A stretch of 64,000 nt of DNA from Eledone cirrhosa (lineage: Eukaryota). Position 1 is the first letter of the stretch; every line of letters starts with the position of its first letter. The notes beneath the pieces were generated by a model. It saw nothing but the letters and a program-made list of their open reading frames with translations. It was not told the origin of the DNA and searched no databases. Of the stretch, positions 1 through 11,169 are shown one piece after another. Location: the NCBI GenBank assembly GCA_964016885.1, contig OZ024741.1, forward strand, positions 300,886,001-300,950,000. Reading direction: 5' to 3'. The position numbers were made by a program, and so were the translations under genes.

Positions 1-29
1 ATGTGTATATGTATATATGTATATATATG

Positions 30-2780
30 TATTATCAAGTCGCTCTATACAGTTATCCCCCACGCCGACGGCCTACGTGCTCTCAAGCACTACGTCAACC
101 ATCGCCCCTCCCCCTCCCCTCCACCCCACCCTCCTCCGCCTCGCCGAGCTGGTCTTCACCCTCAATTGTTTCTCCTTCTCGGGTGAGTTTTACCAACAGG
201 TCACGGGTGTAGCCATGGGCACAAGAATGGGCCCAAACTATGCCGACCTTTTCGTTGGGTATGTTGAGGCCCAAATCTTTACCCAGTACACCGGCCCCAC
301 GCCCGAACTGTACGGTCGTTACATCGACGACTGTATCGGAGCTACGACCCTCACGCAAGAACAGCTCGACTCCTTTCTGTCTATCTTCTGCTCCTTCCAC
401 GCCTCCCACCACTTCACCACCTCTATCTCCACCACCCACCTCCATTTCTTAGACATCTCCGTCGTCTTCGACCCATCCCACCACTCCCTCGTCACCTCCG
501 CCTTCTTCAAACCCACCGACTCCAACTCCTACCTCGACTTCACCTCCTCCCACCCTACACACACACTAAACACTCTATTCCCTACTCTCAACTCCTCAGG
601 ATCCGCCGCGTCTGTAGCCGAGATGCTGACTTTGAGTCCCAGGCCCTTTCCCTAGTCAGCCATTTCACCCGCAGAGGTCCCCCCCCCCTCGTCCACACCG
701 CCCTCACTCGCGCCCGTGCTGTCCACCGCTCCACTATCCTCACCCCACACCACCGCACACCAACCCATCGTCTCCACTTCCCCATCACCTACCACCCCTC
801 CACCCTACCCCTCCACCGCACCATCCTCCGCCTCTTCCGTCGCCTCTAGTCCGAGGCCACCACCTTCAGGGTAGCAACGGCCACTCTCTCTCTGTCCGAC
901 ACGCCGTCCACTGCACCTCCTCCAACCTAGTCTATGGACTTCGCTGCACGGATTGTAGCGCAACCTACGTCGGACAGACTGGACGTCGCCTGGCGGATCG
1001 TTTTACCGAACACCTCCGGGATATTCGTCTCGGCGGTAGTTCCCCCATCGCCCGTCACTTTGGCTCCCCTGGACATTCCGCGCACCACCTCAGTCTGTGG
1101 CCTACTCCAATGCCACGGAACACCCGCCACTCTCCTCAGAGTCGAACAACGCACCATCTTCCCCCTACAGACCCCTCCCCCCGGCCTGAACTCCCCACCC
1201 CTATTCTTTTAGCTTTCGACCGCCCTGTTCCCCCACCCCATCCCACCCACACATATCCCCCACTAACACCACCAACACACTCCTCCTTTTCACCGCCCAC
1301 CCCACAACTAACAATATACTAACACCCCCACCCCACCCTCGACAACCCTTCCCCAACTAACAATACTAACATTATTTCTCCCCCCCTATCACGCACACAC
1401 CCACCGGTACATACATACACGCACTCACACTAACCACACACCCTACTACCACCACTAACCCTCACCCTCACATCCACTCACACCACCCCACAACTAATAC
1501 CACTAACACACCCCGACCTCAGGCACACGAACACACACACACACCCACTTACACCACCCACTCTACACACCCTACCACCACTGAACCCCAATAACACACC
1601 CGCATTCAACCCTTTCCGCACCACCAGTATACTAACACACACTAATACCCCCTTCACCACACACACACTCATCCAAACACACACACACACACACCAGTAC
1701 ACTACACTCCCTCCACCTGCCCCACCCCTTTCTCTCCCTCTCCCTCTCCCCGCACCACCCACACCCCTTCACACACACACACACATCCCACTAACACCTC
1801 TACTAATACACACACCCTCCACACTCCACCTTTCACACCCACCCATCCTCTCCCCTGTTCACCGCACCTCCGCACACACTGACAAACCGACTTTCTCCAC
1901 CTGCCATTCTCTTCTACTGCTGCCATGCCCTGACCATCTGACCACCTCTCCGCACACACAGACACACAACCCTATTCCTGCCTTGACCCTCTGACCACTT
2001 CCTGTAGCGCGCGAACCCCACATCTCCCCTCTGCCGACCAACCTAACCACGGAGTACACACATTGGACATCTCTCCCACGAATCAACTCCATCACAAGGA
2101 AAATATCTGGCAGCCGACCACATCCTCTACGGAAATACCTTAGGAACTTACCCACGAACATACACTCACAACATTTTTTTTCCCATACGCCACCTACATC
2201 CACAATACGTACAAACACCACACACACGTGCGTACCACCACATATTTACACACTCAGCCTCCGGAATCCTCCGCGTCCCCTCTGACGCCTCACCATCCAC
2301 ACACGCACACACACACCTACCTAAACCCCACCCAACACACACCTTTTCCTGAACATGGAGCCCCGTTCTTCCCCCAACTCTCACACTCACATACACACAC
2401 ACACACACACATGTACACCTACACACACACCACCTTCAGCTCTCCCCGCTCGGACACCCCGCCTCCCTCCCCCCACACCACCCGCTTGCACCCCTACACG
2501 CCCCACACCCTTCCACCACTTGTTTATCTTCATGTTTATTTTTATTTTTATTATGTTTTTATATTTATTTTCATTTGTACCGTTACCTCTTACCCCCTTT
2601 TTTCTAAATGTCTCTCCCCCACTCCCCTACACACCCTATGAACTCTCTTCCCGCACACTTTTCGCCTGAAGAAGGGCTTATGCCCGAAACGTCGTTCCCC
2701 ACCACCACCCCACTCTCAAGAGCGTGAAACTAATAAACCTTTGTTCGTATTGCCTCTCTGTTTTGTTCCCGTTTCATTTT

Positions 2781-2785
<5 letters not shown>
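30..2785 (+). mobile_element. 5'-truncated, decayed Penelope-like retroelement (Neptune-like RT + GIY-YIG), long C/A-rich 3' UTR, HHR-bearing terminus ending in (TA)n
   Basis: ORF 17..655 has the RT motifs GVAMGTRMGPNYA, RYIDD, FLDI and KPTDSNSYLDFTSSHP. From 912 another frame reads CTSSNLVYGLRCTDCSATYVGQTGRRLADRFTEH (GIY-YIG). Frameshifts and stops are present, with an HHR at 2664-2695. Confidence 0.9.
2664..2695 (+). ncRNA. Minimal type I hammerhead ribozyme (dimeric type)
   Basis: CTGAAGA-A-GGGC-TTAT-GCCC-GAAACGTC. Palindromic ACGT stem III and GUC site. Stem I is weak. Confidence 0.8.
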
Positions 2786-2821
<36 letters not shown>

Positions 2822-2832
2822 GTATATGTGTA

Positions 2833-2965
<133 letters not shown>

Positions 2966-3004
2966 GTGTATATATATATGTGGGGGGAGGGGGTGCGCGT
3001 CTGT

Positions 3005-3530
3005 GTGTGTGTTTGTGAATGTATCTGTTGACACCTGGAATATAGCTTAAGAGAAATTTGAAGATAATGATATGATAGGCACCCAATATTTTGAACTGGT
3101 GTATAGAATTCTTTTGACCTTTGTCACTCTAAGTAGAACTTTAAAGAATTAGCTTTTAAATAATTTCCCTTTTCTTTAAATCCTTCAACCATGACCGACC
3201 CCCAACGATCTTATTGACACCTGAAATATAGGCATTGTTAGCTTAAGAGAAACTTAAAAATAAGGAGTGGCACCCCAATCTGAACTTGTTTATAGAATTC
3301 TTTCTACCTTTGTCACTCTAAATATAAATTATACCTTTAAAGAATTAGCTTTTAATGAATTCCCTTTTCTTTCAACCATTGACCTCTACTTATCCCACTC
3401 CCCACCCTCTCCTACCACCTGAAAAGACCTATATATACCACTTTTATTTTTGGATACCCAGATTCCTGATGATTTCTAAAGAATGAAACAGTTCTAGTGC
3501 TGTAGAATCTCATCTATATTAAAACTTATA
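3005..3530 (+). mobile_element. Solo pLTR fragment of the Hydra-type PLE family at 55974-58630 (diverged)
   Basis: Similar to 54340-54875 and to the reverse complement of 46165-46700. Contains the HHR at 3460-3510. Confidence 0.8.
3460..3510 (+). ncRNA. Type I hammerhead ribozyme (family A)
   Basis: AGATTC-CTGATGA-TTTC TAAA GAAT-GAA-ACAG..CTGT-A-GAATCT. Confidence 0.85.
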
Positions 3531-3559
3531 TATATATGTGTGTGTGTGTACATATATAT

Positions 3560-4385
3560 TTTGCTATTAGAATTACTCCATAGATTCAATCCTATAGTTC
3601 ATCCCTATAACTGTTTTAAATAATTAACTATTAATGAGTACTATATTATTACATTGTATTCAACACTCTAACAAAGCTTTAACCTATTAAGAAAAACAGA
3701 TTATTAATGAGATTTCTTATTCGAAAATAAAATTCCCTACAAGTAAAACTTCATTCTGACCACTCTAACACAATACAATACTTACAAAAATTCTATTATT
3801 TTCTTACCTATATATTTTTTTATCTACTTTTTACTTTTTGGGGTTTTATCTATATTCCTCTACTTGTTCTATTTTTAGAACAATTTTTTCTTCTTGAAAA
3901 AAGAAATAACAAATATTTAGGATTGTTCTATAATATTCTACTAGATATAACACACTGATATCTGCACCACTTTTCCTCCAACTTTAATCTTCCTTGACCG
4001 TCCACACTTTTCTATACAATCTGTCTAAATTCCTTTACACTCACAACTTCCTTTTCTTAAAGGTCATTCGATAACTCATCCCTGACTGCTAATTTATTCA
4101 TCTAGTACTACCAGCTTAATTATTTATATTGCCCCTTCCTATTTTTACTATTCGTTCATACATGATTTTATATTCTTCAATAAAAAAGCTCATTATTTTT
4201 GAAGACGTATGTATATTTTCTCACTTGGATAATTTGTAATATATTTTATATAGATCACTAATAGAATGAACATACGGAGCACTAACGCCCCCCCCCCCGA
4301 AACGATCGTAAAATAAGGAGTTTTCACTATGAATTACCCGTATTTTGTTTAATTTCATTGTTTTCACTATTTGTATTATATGTAT
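3560..4385 (+). mobile_element. Old PLE 3' end (decayed) with degenerate long-stem-II hammerhead at 4189-4320
   Basis: Stem I CTCATTATTT/AAATAAGGAG pairs 9 of 10. Core is TTGAAGA, with internal helix CGTATGT/ACATACG and GAA-ACGATCGT-A (palindromic stem III, GUA). Ends in (TA)n. Confidence 0.55.
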
Positions 4386-4400
4386 ATATATATATATATA

Positions 4401-4635
4401 TATAATGAAATGACAGGAGGCTGGATTTGTGTAAATCCTTGAAAGGTTAACCTTTCAAGGATTTACACAAATCCAGCCTCCTGTCATTTCATTATAATAT
4501 TTAACTCCGTAATAGCACCACCAACTACAAAAACAAAGACGGTTGCACTGCTTTACGTTGAGTACTCTCTATATTATTGCATTACGATTGACCATACGGA
4601 ATAGACCAGCTCTATACAGTGGTGAACCTCAAACG

Positions 4636-4640
<5 letters not shown>
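4401..4640 (+). mobile_element. Fold-back PLE tail fragment with a perfect 96-bp palindrome (4401-4496)
   Basis: The arms are exact reverse complements around GAAAGGTT|AACCTTTC. Bounded by (TA)n. The tail has a TTGAGTAC motif like other pLTR tails. Confidence 0.7.
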
Positions 4641-4666
<26 letters not shown>

Positions 4667-4667
<1 letters not shown>

Positions 4668-4859
4668 ACGGAGGAAATGTGGTAAGGAACAAGTTGGACC
4701 ATAACGCACCAAAGTACTCAATACTTAGGGGAGTAGAGTGGGTAATAGGAACGAGTAGGACCCCGACGGCTGAGCTCAAGCCGTTTCAACGGCTAATTCT
4801 GGACTCAGAATTAGACGTCGAAACGGCTTGAGCTCAGCCGTCGCGGTCCTACTCGTTCC

Positions 4860-4862
<3 letters not shown>
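4667..4862 (-). mobile_element. ~195-bp fold-back mini-element (family F), copy 1
   Basis: Near-perfect palindrome at 4745-4862 plus an ~80-bp tail. Homologous to 9366-9560 and 62170-62340. (TA)n on both sides. Confidence 0.85.
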
Positions 4863-4949
<87 letters not shown>

Positions 4950-5218
4950 AGTATGTATATATACGTACATACATGCTCACATATATATATGTTTACAAAC
5001 AAACAAACCGAACATTATAATAAATGTTCGGTAAACCCATACGTACATATATATATATATATGGGCATGTATGTATATATATACATACTACTGTACGTCT
5101 GTATACATATATGTATGTACGTATACATATATACTTGCATTTAAGTATCAGCCGTACTAAGAGTGAGTAAGGAAATTTCGTTTCATTCTTTTCCATATAT
5201 ATATATATATATATATAT

Positions 5219-5792
5219 CTAAGTCCAAAATTAAGATAAATGAATTAAATGAATTTAATCTAAATCGAAATCATGGGTGTCATGACATAAGGCATGCGCC
5301 ATATATCCTGAGAATTTAAGCTCAAAGATAAATAAACCTGAGCATATTATAATAACTAGAGATTGATTAACATATAAAAATACATGAATAATCACAGGAG
5401 ATAATTTAAGCTTGCGTGTAACCGCGCATAGCTAGTTTAGGCAATATTTACCTTTAAGAGTGATTAACTTTCCTTGTATATATCCCATTAAAGAAATATA
5501 TTTCACCAATTAATCAGATGGTAAGTCACGGAAAGTGGATATCATTGGATTGTCAACAAGGAAATAGATAATTATCCAGCCATTCGTGCTTACAGAGCGA
5601 GATCATATCTTCAACTATCCGTTACCACGTGTTGCGTCCACACAAGATAGCGGTTTCGTTTCAGTGGCGTGAAAAGGTAATCGACAATTAGAAATAGCAG
5701 TCAAAATTCTTCTCAACAGAAATAGCTCTACAATTAAGGAGCCGTATATAGATTAAATTCTTTTAATTCATTTATCTTAATTTTGGACTTAG
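5219..5792. mobile_element. ~570-bp element with ~28-bp terminal inverted repeats in (TA)n; possibly a distant relative of ORF-less family D
   Basis: CTAAGTCCAAAATTAAGATAAATGAATTA ... TAATTCATTTATCTTAATTTTGGACTTAG. Internal TTGCGTGTAACCGC resembles TTGCGTGCAACCGC at ~40605. Confidence 0.6.
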
Positions 5793-5799
5793 ATATATA

Positions 5800-8219
5800 T
5801 ATACGTGGCTCTGGTCCACCCGTTCCATCTATCTGTGTGGGTTTTCTTGGCCATTGAGGTAATGGTAGGTGGTCTGCTTCTTGCTGGTCTTGTAGAGCAC
5901 AGGTTGCTAAGGCCGTATGTATCTAGATAATTATTACTATAGGTAAGTTTAAGTAGGAGTCCCAGCTCACTGGTATCAATCCCACGGAATTCAACATTGC
6001 TTTCACTGATCATTTCTACGCATTTCCCCACAGCAAAATCCACGTCAATAGATGGATACAGGGACACAACATCCATACTACTTATTATGCAGTTTGTTAG
6101 GTCCCTAGATCGGTTACTCTCGCCGATTCTGCTGAGGAGGTCCTCCGTGCTGTCACATACATCTGGGGACATTTCAATGATGGGGCGTATGATCAGGGAG
6201 AGGAAGTATGAAAGTCTGTAGTTACTAGCAATGTTAGCTCCACAGACTGGCTGTGTTGGTGGTCCTGTGGCAGGGTCACTGCTCGTTTTATGGTCTTTTC
6301 GAAGCCCATACAACGCTGGCACGTCATTGTTCCAGGCCTGGAAGTTGTTGGCAATCCTTTTGTTGCCTCATTATATTTGTCCACATCATCATATCGGCAT
6401 TGAGGGCTTTTTCCCTATCCTCATGCTCTTGTGGTGTTACTTCTCTTGTATTAATGATGTGGGGTTGCATTGCCTGGATGTAGTTTGGCAGACTCTCAAC
6501 CGACATTCTGCCAGACTTGTCTGTTGGAAAGCATGCTATCTCTCCATTACGCGAGCGCTGCATGAGCTTACGCAAGCCATTTGCAGATTTTTCTCCCAGT
6601 TGCTGGGCCTCCATTCTATTATGTTTCTTGCTATACTGTTCTATAATATTTCTAAGTTAAATCTAGCTATACTAAATTGTGCTTCTGTTTGTTCATCGAC
6701 CTGCGACGGCAATTGCGTGCGTTTGTTAAAAGCTAAAGTCGTGGCGTGGACTCGTCGCAGGTCGAACGACTTATCGGAAGGATTATAAAAAGTAGAGTTC
6801 CAGGCTGCTGCTTTATGTGTACTAATGCTATTGTTATTGTTAGTTGTGTTGTTTCTATTTCTATTTTTTCCACCAACAGCCTCGTGGTTGTTTCTATGTC
6901 TCTCATTAATACTCCTGACTCTTTCCTCTGGCTCATTGTTATTATCTACTCTATTTTGTGTGTCTGTGTGTTCGTCCTGGTTATTTTCTCTGTCCATAGT
7001 CTCCCTTCTTTCAATCCTATTACCTTCCCTTATTTCTCTGCTACCGTCATTACCTGTTTTCTGTGTCTGTGTGTTTGTTAAGATTGTGGTGGTGGTGAGA
7101 GGCATTGAATGTGTGTGTGTTGTTGTTGATGTGTGCTGTTGTTGATGTGTGTTGTTGTTGTTGTCTCCGTGTATGTTATTATTGTTGTATGTGTTGTTTT
7201 GTTGTTTGTGTCTGCGTGTCTGTTGTTGTTGTTTCTGAGTATGTTATTATTGTTGATGTGTGTGTTGTTGTTATTGTTGCTTGTGTCTGAGTGTCTGTTG
7301 TTGTTGGGATGTGTGCTGTATATGTGTGTGTGTGTACTAATGTTGTTACTTTTGTTTTTTTGTTTTTGAGGCTCCAACGTAATTTTGTAAATGATTTTTC
7401 TATTTCTGACAAGCATTTAATCATATTTACCTTATTAAATGTGGCATACTTAGGTGGTAGTTGTAATACTGATAATTCATCAGAGTCGACCGTAGTGTTG
7501 CCGTATATATTTGTGTTGTTGTTGTTGAATTCATCTGTTAATGAGATGTCGGCCATATTTATACCGTCAATTTTGTCGGGATATATATTGATATTCTCTA
7601 AAGTATTTTGATTTAGTTTTATCTGTTTGAGCCACTTTAGTTTCTTGTTAAAGTGCTTGTCACATTCTTGAACAATGTACTTTTCTTCGGGATATATAAG
7701 GTTTATAAATATTATTTTTTTCTCTTGGTGTGGTGATCTTAGTTATTTCTTGTATTAGGTTACGCTTATGTTTTTCTTGATGACTTAATTCTCTATAAAT
7801 CTTCTTTTTTATGTTCAGAATTAGTGTTCGTTTTAGCCTATCTGCTTGTTTTTTGGTGAGCTGTAATCTTCTTACATCGGTGTTGATGGTGTTGGTGTAA
7901 ACTCGGGACGAGGCACATTCTTTTATGAAGTATAGTTGTCGAGATGTTATTGTTTTTCATAGACAACAGAACATGGTGGTTTTCAGTATCTTGTTAGCCT
8001 GGCTAAGGCTTACTATATTTCGTTTCTGAATTTGTTTAGCAAGATTCTTCATCTGAAAACGTGTGTTGAAACCGATATTGTTATACTTTGGGAGGGTCAT
8101 GTTGCCAATAAGAAACACACGCATCAGCTGCTTTCACTTCAATTTATTATAATAAATTTATAAATTTAGGAATTTAGGAATTTCCGGTTCGTTGGTTGTT
8201 TCCACAACCAGATGATTGT
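5800..8219 (-). mobile_element. Inverted 5' half of a PLE (pLTR tail, N-terminal region, RT up to motif A), frameshifted
   Basis: Minus ORFs contain LQLPPKYA, PTDKSG, YGLRKDHK, PVCGAN and SMDVVSLYPSID. ATG near 8052. 8075-8219 is the reverse complement of 9007-9150. Confidence 0.85.
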
Positions 8220-9142
8220 AATGTTCATCGATACAACCCCTAGAGGTGAATTAGCTTGCAAATTTAGAAGGGCCCTAGATAAACATAAACTCAATATTAA
8301 GATAGTAGAAAGACCAGGTACCTCCATAAAAACACTTATTAGCAATGCATAACCTTTTCAAAGACCTCCCTGTATAGATAGGAAATGTATAATCTGTAAA
8401 TTAAGCCCCCATATTAACTGTAAAACTAGAAATGTAGTATATAGCATAAGATGTACTGAAGGACAATGTAGAGATAAAAATATAGTGTACATAGGTGAGA
8501 CAGCTCGTAGTATAGGGGAACGGATATATGAACACTGCCGAGACCTTCAAGATAGTAAAGAACCATCTGTACTCTACCAACAAGCTAAAATAGAACATAA
8601 GGGTAAATTAGAGAACATAGAAATAAAAATAGAATCTACACACAGAAAAGACACAATGTTTAGACAAATCACAGAGGCAATAAACATAAATGAACTCCAA
8701 CCAAATTAAATAGAAAACATGAGTGGAACAGCAACATCACAACTTACAATTAAAGACAAAATGAAAACACACATGCACATAGAACAAACAACCAACCAGT
8801 AGCATGTAAATAAACAAATAAATAAACGAATATAAACACACACAGACACCCGGATGTAACACATGCGCAAACTAAGCACACAACACACACACAAAAACAA
8901 GATGGCGTAGGACAGAACAAAGGAGAGGCACAGAAACAAAGAAAAGAATCCCCAGTCACTGAAGATGTCACAGAATGTGTGACGAAAGAACTTTGACAAT
9001 ATATAAACAATCATCTGGTTGTGAACCAACCAACCAACCAGAAATTTATAAATTCCTAAATTTATAAATTTATTATAATAAATTGAAGTGAAAGCAGCTG
9101 GTGCGTGTGTTTCTTATTGGCAACATGACCCTCCCAAAGTAT

Positions 9143-9150
<8 letters not shown>
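8220..9150 (+). mobile_element. 3' half of the same PLE: Cys linker + GIY-YIG, 3' UTR, HHR, tail into (TA)n
   Basis: KIVERPG..PPCIDRKCIIC..NCKTRNVVYSIRC..YIGETARSIGERIYEH..RQITEAININELQP. Confidence 0.85.
8955..8997 (+). ncRNA. Minimal type I hammerhead ribozyme
   Basis: GTCA-CTGAAGA-T-GTCAC..GTGAC-GAA-AG AA CT-T-TGAC (CUU site). Confidence 0.7.
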
Positions 9151-9189
<39 letters not shown>

Positions 9190-9365
9190 TATAAATATTA
9201 ATAAAATAGATGCTCTTTTGATCAATTACATTTTATTATACATATTTCGGATGTACAACAGTACGACCTCACCGGACAAAATATAATGATATATTACAAA
9301 CCCTGAGATGTTAAATGGTTAAGATTTAATCAATCTTCAATATATATATATATATTCATATATAT

Positions 9366-9558
9366 ATAGGAAAATGTTTGACTCCGACGGCAGAGCTCAA
9401 GCCATTTCGACGGCTATTTCTGGACTGAATTAGCCGCCGAAACGGCTTGAACTATACCGTCGTGGTCAAATATTTTCCTATTACCCTCTCTACTACCCTA
9501 AGTATTAAGTAGTCTGGTCCGTTATGGTCCATCTGGTTCCTTACCACACCTCCTTCGT

Positions 9559-9560
<2 letters not shown>
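9366..9560 (+). mobile_element. Fold-back mini-element family F, copy 2 (older)
   Basis: Imperfect palindrome at 9366-9481 plus a tail that is reverse-complementary to 4667-4745. Confidence 0.8.
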
Positions 9561-9593
<33 letters not shown>

Positions 9594-9631
9594 TGGTTTA
9601 TTTACCATCTTTATTCTATATTTCCATCAAA

Positions 9632-9790
9632 ATGAGACTAAGCCTCTGATGAGTACCTGAGTCTCATGTGGTTTAAACTTAATCGATGGATTGCCTTCGA
9701 TGATAATCTTAATCGATAGATTGTCTTCGCTGATCGATTACATAGATCAATTTTTATCCATCTACAGGTATGAAATAGCGCTATAAGGTT
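9632..9790 (+). ncRNA. Type I hammerhead ribozyme with ~105-nt loop II and putative 8-bp pseudoknot
   Basis: AGCCT-CTGATGA-GTACCTG...CAGGTAT-GAA-ATAGCGCTAT-A-AGGTT. ATGAGACT (9632-9639) is complementary to AGTCTCAT (9660-9667). Confidence 0.75.
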
Positions 9791-10129
9791 TCACTTTTGA
9801 TTGCACCTTTGTCCGTATCTTCTACATGTTTTTGGTACATATATATATAATATACTGTGTTTCTTGTGCGATATATGGCTCTTTCAACTCTGTATATACA
9901 TATAATTCTTTATTTGGTTATTATGGCTCTGGAAATGAAAAAAGCTTGCTTATTGAGCTTACTTATATTAGCACAATATTCTAAACACATTTCATGTTTT
10001 GATTCATTATTTAGATATATATATATAAACCAACTGAACGGAAAGAGATGGGTGGTCACAGCCGACCGACCATGTGACAGGTTGCTCTGTGCTAAATGTT
10101 ACTTCACAGATGCACACACACAGACACAC

Positions 10130-10169
<40 letters not shown>

Positions 10170-10306
10170 ACACCCATTTTATAAATAAATGGTTTGGTAT
10201 TATACTGAAAAAATCCCTCTATCAATTTCTACTGAATTGTTTCCTTTTTACTATTTGTTTATATATATATCAACTCGTGTGTTACTTTTCTACATTCCAT
10301 ATATAG

Positions 10307-10768
10307 ATAAACTTTTATAAGGTGTTGAAATACCTTCAATTATAGAATCTGTATCAGATACTTATGTTTCTAAAATATCACCGGCGCGCGTGATAACAAT
10401 TACCAACTTAACATTATTTGTGTAAAGATACTTAGTTTAAACTGTTAATTCCCGCCAGATTAATGCACAGTTTTCTATGGTTCATATTTGTTACTAAGAA
10501 TATTCTTTGAACAGCCTAAGTTATACATATGTTCACTCATACAAATATATATTCATATACTTACAGACATACTTACACATCTTTCAGATATCTTTTGTAA
10601 ACAGTGTGCATTAATCTGGCGCGAATTAACAGTTTAAACTAAGTATCTTTACACAAATAATGTTAATTTGGTAATTGTTATCACGCGCGCCGGTGATATT
10701 TTAGAAACATAAGTATCTGATATACATTCTATAATTGAACGTATTTCAAAACCTTATAAAAGTTTATC
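10307..10768. repeat. Long inverted repeat (~163-bp arms, ~135-bp spacer); MITE or PLE fold-back
   Basis: 10307-10469 is the reverse complement of 10606-10768 with few mismatches. Confidence 0.85.
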
Positions 10769-10806
10769 AGTTCAATTTCGGACACGCATAAAAGATTGTC
10801 TTCACA

Positions 10807-11169
10807 CACTCCCGCGTCCCAAATAATATTGAGGTGCTAGAATATGCGGCGGGGTTGGGAAATCAGTAATCTTTGTAGGTTGTCTGTCACTCTCAATGTT
10901 TTGTTTAAAACAAAAATTAGTAGTTTAGTTTACATATTGAGACCAAAACCATCCTATTTATTTTATAACGTATGAGATTTTTTGCATAATGTTGTTTAAT
11001 ATCTAAAGAAAATTAATTTTCGCAGGATGCTACCACTTGAAATAAAGTTTCACCGGAAATAGATTAGCAAACTTTAATAAGCGGTAGTGATGGAATAAGA
11101 GTGGGGGTTGGAAGAAATCTAAAAAATTAATAAACGGGAGAGGGAGCGGTTATTCGAGACCCAAGAGTA
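10807..11169. mobile_element. MITE-like non-autonomous DNA element, copy 1
   Basis: Degenerate TIRs ACTCCCGCGTCCCAAATAA / TTATTCGAGACCCAAGAGT. The internal sequence is shared with 30165-30562. Confidence 0.65.
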
